Origin: a virus
Reading direction: 5' to 3' (one strand)
DNA: 13,526 nt
Virus genome (UHGV): UHGV-1806156
Positions 8,043-13,526 of the stretch are shown one piece after another. Numbering within the stretch: position 1 is the stretch's first letter; every line of letters begins with the position of its first letter. The notes below the pieces were generated by a model that saw nothing but the letters and a program-made list of their open reading frames with translations, did not search any database and had not been told where the DNA came from. The position numbers were made by a program, and so were the translations under genes.

Positions 8043-8303
8043 TTATTTTGCAAAACGATTATGCGCATTCAGGGCTTTTTTGCGGTCCTGGGCTTGTTTG
8101 CGTGCAATAAAATGTTCGAAAGTCTCGGCCCAGGTGCATTTATTATATTCACGGTATTTATGCATAGCCTGGCGGCTAACGTCATAGCAGGCGGCAAATG
8201 TGGAGATACGCAGGAATTCCGGCAGATCCTCGTCATCGATATGGATAATATCAAAAGGCACGTCGTCACGGTCGCCGTATAAAACAATTTTCATAAAAGA
8301 CAC
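8043..8303 (-). CDS. Small HTH DNA-binding protein, 86 aa
   Basis: GAGGTG RBS upstream of ATG 8303. HTH-like segment LRISTFAACYDVSRQAMHKY. Role unknown. Confidence 0.5.
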   Translation of the reverse strand: MSFMKIVLYGDRDDVPFDIIHIDDEDLPEFLRISTFAACYDVSRQAMHKYREYNKCTWAETFEHFIARKQAQDRKKALNAHNRFAK

Positions 8304-8327
8304 CTCAAAAACTTAAGACGGGGATAA

Positions 8328-8377
8328 CAAAAAAGGGAAGAGGGAAAGACCTATCCCCGATCTCTCACCTCTTCCCT
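8328..8377 (-). terminator. Hairpin terminator just downstream of the capsid gene (stem AGGGAAGAGG 8334-8343 / CCTCTTCCCT 8368-8377)
   Basis: 10-bp stem followed on the minus strand by a T run (plus-strand A 8328-8333), immediately after the capsid stop at 8384-8386. Confidence 0.45.
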
Positions 8378-8383
8378 TTGCTT

Positions 8384-9418
8384 TTATTTAGCCTTGGCAG
8401 CGGCGGCGGTGTTTTTAACACTCACTTTCACCACAACTTCAGGCATCATGTTCATGAAAGCATAAGAGGATTCAACGAAGATTTCGCGTTTGCCTCTGGA
8501 CTCTTCCATATACATGAAAGCTTCACGTGCAGCGCCGTTTGCCAGCTTCAGGTTGCGAGCGCAAGGGCCGAAAAATTGAGTATAAACGCCCACCATATCG
8601 CCTAACGCATGCGGCTGGAACTGTGGGACTAGATAAGCAGTATTCTCTGGCAGACTATCCATTTGCACCACACGCAGGGCTAAGCCCGGAATGCGGAAGG
8701 TCGGGAAGCCCGGCAGAATATCCTCAGGGAACATCAGACCTTTGTCGGTAATGTTCTGATTGCCGAACAACAGCACTTTACGGAGCAGTTCATCAGTCTG
8801 AATAGCGGTAAACAGTTCAGCACGGCAGAACAGGGTGAAACCACGCAGGGCACGAACGACACCACGCTGTTTAACCTTGCTCAGTGCAACCAGGTCCTGC
8901 AGCTGTTTAAGGATATCTTTAGCTAGATCCACTTCTGAAGTGGTTTGCTGTGCGCCCAGCAGTTCGCACACATTCAGTTCTTTACCCTTGGTGAGGATAA
9001 TTTTGTTCTCAAAGAGAGCAAGCTGGCGTGCTTCTTCGTGGGTCTGGCGTAAGCCTTCGCCAAGCTGAATAACACGACGAGCGGTTACAGACTCTAGATT
9101 CTCTTCGGAATCTTTGCCCGGAACACGGATACCCTGCCAGTCAGAAGGATAAATAGCACTTGATGCGGCAGTGAATGCCATATCACCCGTGCCCGTTTCA
9201 CGCTCATCTGCGGTAATGGTCGCCATCTGTTCACCGTAGCGCGGATACTGACCGAAAGCGGTTTGTTTCACCTGGCGAACTTTGTCATATTCAAATTTAA
9301 AGGTATTGCACAGAGCAGTAGTGTTGAAGATATCCATTGCAGAAATAATCATGTTATCCGGCGGGATATCTTTAATCAGACCACACAGATCGCGAACTTC
9401 GAATTCTTTCTTAGCCAT
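8384..9418 (-). CDS. Major capsid protein, lambda gpE family-like, 344 aa
   Basis: ATG at 9418 with AAGGAGG RBS 8 nt upstream; the track's extension to 9517 has no RBS. N-terminus FEVRDLCGLIKDIPPDN fits the L-x-G-x-[IV]-x-x-x-PP pattern seen in gpE-family capsids. Size (lambda gpE is 341 aa) and a small beta-rich gene directly upstream agree. Confidence 0.6.
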   Translation of the reverse strand: MAKKEFEVRDLCGLIKDIPPDNMIISAMDIFNTTALCNTFKFEYDKVRQVKQTAFGQYPRYGEQMATITADERETGTGDMAFTAASSAIYPSDWQGIRVPGKDSEENLESVTARRVIQLGEGLRQTHEEARQLALFENKIILTKGKELNVCELLGAQQTTSEVDLAKDILKQLQDLVALSKVKQRGVVRALRGFTLFCRAELFTAIQTDELLRKVLLFGNQNITDKGLMFPEDILPGFPTFRIPGLALRVVQMDSLPENTAYLVPQFQPHALGDMVGVYTQFFGPCARNLKLANGAAREAFMYMEESRGKREIFVESSYAFMNMMPEVVVKVSVKNTAAAAKAK

Positions 9419-9429
9419 TTTCAACCTCC

Positions 9430-9765
9430 TTATTGTGCAACACGCAAATCGCCATTGCTGGCAGCAACAACAGCGGCTAAGCCGTCTTTGTCCACATAGG
9501 CCGGATTGATGTAGCAACCTTTGTTCGCAACAACGATAAAGGAATCACCAACTTCAGCACGTTCTACAACCAGCAGCGGAGTTTTATCTGTGTGCGTTGC
9601 TTTAACGAAGGTCTCAACCTCGCCAGCCTCAGTCACCACAACAACAGTGCCAGCCGGAATCTCAGCCTTAACTTTGTTTTTAACTTCAACGTCGCGAATA
9701 CTAAATTGCTCATCTGCGGCGTATGAAATGATGTGTCCGCGTGTGCGGATAGTCATATCTCTCAT
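9430..9765 (-). CDS. Putative head decoration protein (lambda gpD-like), 111 aa
   Basis: AGGTGA RBS before ATG 9765. Small, beta-rich (Val/Thr/Ala/Gly), immediately upstream of the capsid gene as in lambda D-E. Assignment is positional and compositional. Confidence 0.4.
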   Translation of the reverse strand: MRDMTIRTRGHIISYAADEQFSIRDVEVKNKVKAEIPAGTVVVVTEAGEVETFVKATHTDKTPLLVVERAEVGDSFIVVANKGCYINPAYVDKDGLAAVVAASNGDLRVAQ

Positions 9766-10093
9766 TTGATCACCTGCGATTTAAATTAACTCCCCTCAAA
9801 GGGCTCAGGTATAACCTCTCAAACCACGACAGGCTCGGGCCGAAAAGTTATGCCGGAAATCTAAAGGGGGATTGATATAAGGAGAGGGAGATAGCCCCGC
9901 ACCGTCCAAGCGGGGGCTATTCCACATGGGGAAACCAACAACAGTTGGCTGATAGTTCACTGCATGGTTACAGGTTGCTAGAGAGCACTATCACGAAAGG
10001 CACTCCCCCGGATCAGTTCAGGCTGCGGTCACATCAGCGGGGAAATACCTTTCGGGATAGCTACCCACACAGAAAACCCGCAAAAGAAAACTG

Positions 10094-10102
10094 TGTGGAT
10101 AA
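10094..10102 (-). promoter_or_regulatory. DnaA box (TTATCCACA on the minus strand) inside an inverted repeat (CCACACAG 10065-10072 / CTGTGTGG 10091-10098)
   Basis: Exact 9-mer match to the DnaA box consensus, read directly. Confidence 0.35.
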
Positions 10103-10248
10103 CTAGCCCTGTAGGGAGAATAAGGAGAATTAATCGACCACTCTAAGATGATCATGGGTAGTGTTATTTATAAGGCGGCACCGCTACCTGGTCGCCTTTA
10201 CTTTGGAGGAAAATACGGCAAATCACCTTCGCTAAATGATTCACGGTA

Positions 10249-10268
10249 TACTGTATATTATATCAGTA
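10249..10268. promoter_or_regulatory. LexA (SOS) box-like palindrome TACTGTATATTATATCAGTA
   Basis: CTG-N10-CAG architecture with flanking TA and an AT-rich core, as in gammaproteobacterial LexA boxes. Lies in the large intergenic region between the capsid operon and the small-peptide operon. Confidence 0.45.
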
Positions 10269-10546
10269 TTTACTCACATTGTCAACACCCTGATTATATA
10301 AATTCTAATAATTAGCGTAGTAACGGTATTTTCAGACTGCTATCAATCCCATCAATACGTCATCTCATCGCATCTATCATAACTTTTTCATTCGTGATAG
10401 ATATCTTTTGATCAATATCAATGTTTTCCGGGGATTTGCCCGGCTATAGTTCGAATCAAGGAAGGGGAGCATTGATAGAGACACCCAAAGGGGTGACTGA
10501 AAGTCACCTGGCATAGCCAGTGAAAGCACCCAACCGAACAAACAAA

Positions 10547-10564
10547 TCAACTTCTCGCAAAAGG
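10547..10564 (+). promoter_or_regulatory. Conserved leader motif TCAACTTCTCGCAAAAGG, 26 nt upstream of ATG 10573
   Basis: Repeated with the same spacing upstream of ATG 11115 (11089-11107); a third variant sits in the hairpin loop at 6281-6296. Confidence 0.4.
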
Positions 10565-10572
10565 TGATAGTT

Positions 10573-10695
10573 ATGGGTATCAAGAACAGTGCCAGCGCAT
10601 GGCAAAAGGCCAGGTTTCATCACCCACACATTGTTAAGGCAATTGAGGTGGTTGGAGTTTTAGCCCTGATGTTAGCTCTGTGTGTGGAGGTGTGA
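10573..10695 (+). CDS. Small hydrophobic peptide, 40 aa (MGIKNSASAWQKARFHHPHIVKAIEVVGVLALMLALCVEV)
   Basis: AAGGTG RBS before ATG 10573; C-terminal hydrophobic helix. Below the ORF-track cutoff. Confidence 0.35.
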   Translation: MGIKNSASAWQKARFHHPHIVKAIEVVGVLALMLALCVEV

Positions 10696-10696
10696 G

Positions 10697-10777
10697 ATGG
10701 GCAAAGGAGGCAAAGCATTTTTAATAGGTCTGGCTATCCTGGATGTTCTACTAATCATGATTAAGCGGAGTTTATGA
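10697..10777 (+). CDS. Small hydrophobic peptide, 26 aa (MGKGGKAFLIGLAILDVLLIMIKRSL)
   Basis: ATG 10697 starts 1 nt after the previous stop, with AGGTG just upstream. One predicted TM helix and a basic C-terminus. Confidence 0.3.
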   Translation: MGKGGKAFLIGLAILDVLLIMIKRSL

Positions 10778-10796
10778 ACAGCATTGAGAGGAGTTT

Positions 10797-11057
10797 ATGA
10801 CGGGGGCTAAAGATATCAGGAGACTGAGGGAAGAGCTGATAGCTGAAATTAAAACTAAGGCAAAGCAAATGGAGATAGCCGCACAAATGGATGTAGCGGA
10901 ACAGATGTACAAGATGGTTGAGGAGGGAACGCCACGACAGGTTATCGCTAAAACCTTCGGTGTGGGGATCGCCACCGTGCACAGAAGGCTGAAAGCATAT
11001 GCTGACTACCACAATATCGAGAGAAAGGAGGATGGGAGATTCAGGAAAGCTAAATGA
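10797..11057 (+). CDS. Small DNA-binding protein with a Hin/resolvase-type C-terminal HTH, 86 aa, no recombinase catalytic domain
   Basis: GAGAGGAG RBS before ATG 10797. C-terminus EEGTPRQVIAKTFGVGIATVHRRLKA closely matches the Hin invertase HTH; the N-terminus is a short charged helix only. Confidence 0.55.
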   Translation: MTGAKDIRRLREELIAEIKTKAKQMEIAAQMDVAEQMYKMVEEGTPRQVIAKTFGVGIATVHRRLKAYADYHNIERKEDGRFRKAK

Positions 11058-11088
11058 TGTAAACGGTCCAACAGGTTACTAACTTAAT

Positions 11089-11107
11089 TCAACTTCTCGC
11101 AAAGGGG
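11089..11107 (+). promoter_or_regulatory. Second copy of the leader motif (TCAACTTCTCGCAAAGGGG), 26 nt upstream of ATG 11115
   Basis: 15/15 identity with the copy at 10547 over TCAACTTCTCGCAAA, same distance to the start codon. Confidence 0.4.
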
Positions 11108-11114
11108 TACCACT

Positions 11115-11702
11115 ATGAACATTAAAACTATCATTGCAGCCCTCACCATTGCCTTTAGTGCCAACACCGCAGCTATTGATGTAGGGGCCGTAAAAGATGC
11201 ATCTTGTGCTGATAAACTGGCGGCACTTGATGCGGGATTCGATGCACCCCAGGGCTATCAAATGGGGCTATCTCTTAAAAATATTATTCTCCCCATGGAA
11301 TCTGGCGCTTATGTATACGGAGCGATAGGAAAACTGGAGAAGCCGGAAATTGACCTGCAGGGTGTGAGAGCGAAGATCACTAAAAGAAATGAAAGCCTTT
11401 GTGATGTAGCTGAAATAGCTTTCATGTCAGACGATGAAAAATCTATTTTAGTCTTTTGCAAAGATAGCGATGATAATGATCGCTTCTTTAAGATCACCCA
11501 CAACAGGCCAATCTCTTTCTACTCTAATGCTACTATGGGCGCGGGTATGCAGTGGCTGAAGAGAGCTAAATTAACTGAGATCGACATTGAAAAAGAGGCC
11601 AATGCAGGCAGTTATGGATTCTGGAAAGGCTGGACTAAATACACGTTCCAACAATGCGGCATCGATAGTCAGGCCTACGACAACGGATTTTGGTTTTTCT
11701 AA
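11115..11702 (+). CDS. Secreted or outer-membrane protein with N-terminal signal peptide, 195 aa
   Basis: N-terminus MNIKTIIAALTIAFSANTAA has the basic/hydrophobic/A-x-A shape of a Sec signal peptide. C-terminus ends in aromatics (GFWFF), as many outer-membrane beta-barrels do. No family recognised. Confidence 0.55.
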   Translation: MNIKTIIAALTIAFSANTAAIDVGAVKDASCADKLAALDAGFDAPQGYQMGLSLKNIILPMESGAYVYGAIGKLEKPEIDLQGVRAKITKRNESLCDVAEIAFMSDDEKSILVFCKDSDDNDRFFKITHNRPISFYSNATMGAGMQWLKRAKLTEIDIEKEANAGSYGFWKGWTKYTFQQCGIDSQAYDNGFWFF

Positions 11703-11722
11703 CCTACTAAGTTAATCCCGCC

Positions 11723-11750
11723 AGGGGGCCATCACGGCCCCTTTTTATTT
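11723..11750 (+). terminator. Rho-independent terminator after the signal-peptide gene
   Basis: GC-rich stem GGGGGCC (11724-11730) / GGCCCC (11736-11741) with 5-nt loop, followed by TTTTTATTT. Confidence 0.55.
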
Positions 11751-11800
11751 ATCCCCTATTTAACCCCTATTTAATGGGTATTTAATGCCTATTTATTGAT
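11746..11800. repeat. Five tandem 11-bp units of form TATTTAANNNN (helically phased A/T tracts)
   Basis: TATTTATCCCC, TATTTAACCCC, TATTTAATGGG, TATTTAATGCC, TATTTATTGAT read directly; an 11-bp period suggests bent DNA or phased binding sites. Confidence 0.5.
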
Positions 11801-13063
11801 TTAATCCGTTTTATGCCACAACCGCCCGGTTGACAGAGTAAGATAGAGTGTGTAACCCTCTTTCGTAATACCAATAAAATCAATAGTTTAGCTCAATTGG
11901 CCTTTTCTCTATTTTTGTCAAATTTAACATACCCTCAAAAACTGCAAAATCTGGCTGCAAGATTATCTGCAGCTGGATTTCTTGCGCCTCAATTTGTGGT
12001 ATCACCCTGACTAGTTTGTGCATAAATTGAACAGTTTTTAACATTTCCTCCTCACCTGGTAACCACACAAAAAGCTAAAAACGAGGCACAGATAATCTTA
12101 GAGGCCTGTTTTCTTGTTATCACTCTGGTAACGTCGTAGAAGTGATTTTGATGAAAGATGACCTACCCTATTACACCCCCATTTTTTGTTATCACAATTG
12201 CATCCTGTGCGGTGTATGGCTATGTGCTGAAAGCGGTCTTATGTGTGGGTGTCAGAAATATCCATTAGCGGTATTAATACCCGTCGGAGATTCGTCTGAG
12301 GTGCCAGGCAGGCGCTCCCCCACCTCCCTTTTTTCTTCTAACAATTCTCAAATATCACACCACTGCCCACCACGTTGCTATTATGTTAATTCTTAAGCTT
12401 TGCTGTATGTTGTGCACATTATTTATTCAGGTGGCTGTACGTAAATTCTGTGCCCACTGATCATGATTTTTAAATCAGATTTTGTAGTGCGCTTTATTAG
12501 TGTAGATAAGATCTATTATGTTAAATGCATCTCTCTCAACACTTAAAATCAATGACTTAGAGGTTAGGATGCACTAACACCCCACACAGCACATTAGACA
12601 TATAGATGTCTATACCCCACATTTTTGATTGTTTTGTAGTCATTCCCCTGATCATTTAACCAGTATAGTTTGCTCCCTGCAGACCACAAAATCGGAATTT
12701 ACATCTGATTAACATAATCTGTTAGCATGATCACCATTACCCACACAACAATAACCACATGTAAGCCTCTTCAGGCAATTTATCGGCGTGTTGGTGTGAA
12801 CAGTCTTTCATGTTCTTTATGTATTCATTGTCCTGTGTGAGGGAAGGATGGACTGCCCCAGGGGCCATACTTATGATGCCCGGTCAACATACCTGTCGAT
12901 AAAATCAAAGGGTGTTGATCTGCATATTTCCCACACATGAGAGGAAATCAAAGCAAAGAGAGAGGAGAGAGGTTTGTTAGTCAAAATAGGTCAATAAGGG
13001 TGTATTTCCACACAGACATGATGAGATAACCTGTCGGTATTTCCTACAACTCTTGCACATACC

Positions 13064-13341
13064 CCGGAAGATTTTTCCGGTGTCTCCCACCTGTGAAGAA
13101 TTTTCACACCTGTAAATCCATACAGCACGGTAAAAACTACCGCACCACCTGTGAAAATATTTTACTACTCCCTTTAGTCATACCCCTTTCAGTCATACTC
13201 AGGCACCACACCCCGGTAAATATTTCCCTACCACCCCGGAGAATTTCTCCGGTGTCCAAGCTGTATCCAATACATACCCCGGAAAATTTCTCCGCACTAC
13301 TACGGAAGATTTCTCCGGTGTACCCCGGAAGATTTCTCCGA
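13064..13341. repeat. Iteron-like array of at least 8 copies of a 17-bp quasi-palindrome (consensus about CCGGARRATTTCTCCGG)
   Basis: Copies at 13064-13080, 13236-13252 (perfect palindrome CCGGAGAATTTCTCCGG), 13279-13295, 13302-13318 and 13325-13341, the last three spaced exactly 23 bp apart. Related variants at about 13094-13108, 13150-13164 and 13214-13226. Confidence 0.6.
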
Positions 13342-13428
13342 CTAATAAATAAAGTAATAGACCACACAATAGATCCCCCCTAACCCCCAAGGGGAATGGG
13401 GAGGGATCAGAGAGTGGGGAAGGTTTTC

Positions 13429-13526
13429 TAAGGGAAAAGCTTAACCCACAAATGAAAGCCTAAAGAGCATGAGCGACTCTTCAGGCAATCTGTGTGGGGA
13501 ACATCGGAGCAGTATGTGAAGTATGA
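13429..13526. repeat. Right copy of the 98-bp direct repeat
   Basis: Matches 1-98 with one mismatch (C at 13482 vs T at 54). Confidence 0.9.

Larger units (their letters stand above)
1..13526. mobile_element. Candidate phage-satellite or phage-plasmid-like element, one full unit delimited by the terminal direct repeats
   Basis: Terminal direct repeats, a replication-like module with iterons, and a partial virion gene set (capsid, decoration candidate, neck, tape measure) without terminase, portal or integrase. Inference from gene content only. Confidence 0.4.

Noticed and set aside
8378-9769. Plus-strand ORFs overlapping the capsid and decoration genes, and the 33-codon N-terminal extension of the capsid ORF to 9517
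   Set aside because: The extension MLHQSGLCGQRRLSRCCCCQQWRF... is Cys/Arg-rich and overlaps the decoration gene; the ATG at 9418 has a strong AAGGAGG RBS. The plus-strand ORFs are antisense artefacts.
10441-10460. tRNA-like T-loop motif GTTCGAATC
   Set aside because: The flanking bases cannot form the 5-bp T-stem and no acceptor or anticodon arms can be built around it.
10377-11503. Minus-strand ORFs 10377..10583, 10761..11012, 10772..10975, 11079..11261 and 11309..11503
   Set aside because: Antisense to well-supported plus-strand genes or lying in the regulatory leader; no RBS and hydrophobic low-complexity translations.
11880-12396. ORFs 11880..12068 (-) and 12142..12396 (+) in the large non-coding region
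   Set aside because: No convincing RBS, unusual composition and isolated position. Treated as non-coding, though a small regulatory protein cannot be excluded.
13093-13390. ORFs 13093..13383 (+), 13137..13367 (-) and 13199..13390 (-)
   Set aside because: They lie in the iteron array. Their repetitive peptides (PGRF, PGKF) come from translating the repeated CCGGAGAATTTCTCCGG units, and none has an RBS.
1-13526. Searched for CRISPR arrays, integrase or transposase genes and a lysis cassette
   Set aside because: No regularly spaced repeat-spacer array exists. No ORF shows tyrosine or serine recombinase catalytic motifs or is long enough for a large terminase or portal. No endolysin-like ORF was recognised.

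Overview
This 13.5-kb window looks like one complete copy of a compact mobile element. Its first and last 98 bp are the same sequence with one mismatch, so the unit (13,428 bp) is either circular or bounded by att-like direct repeats. Gene content is phage-like but incomplete. The plus strand (913-6153) carries small DNA-binding proteins, a winged-helix replication-initiator-like protein, an acidic 48-aa sORF, and two small coupled ORFs feeding into a 715-aa tail tape measure-like protein. The minus strand (6656-9765) carries a decoration-protein candidate, a lambda gpE-family major capsid protein, an HTH protein, an unknown 267-aa protein and an HK97 gp10-like neck protein. A second plus-strand block (10573-11702) has two tiny hydrophobic peptides, a Hin-type HTH protein and a signal-peptide protein. 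No large terminase, portal, prohead protease, tail tube, baseplate, lysis cassette or integrase is visible. About 4 kb is non-coding and holds an iteron array, DnaA-box-like sites, a LexA-box-like palindrome, five ATTGACAAT promoter-like sites and a leader motif repeated three times. My best reading is a phage-satellite or phage-plasmid-like element that replicates autonomously and supplies its own capsid and tail-length proteins while depending on a helper phage for the rest. All functional calls come from reading the translated ORFs and motifs by eye; no homology search, RNA folding or composition statistic was run.
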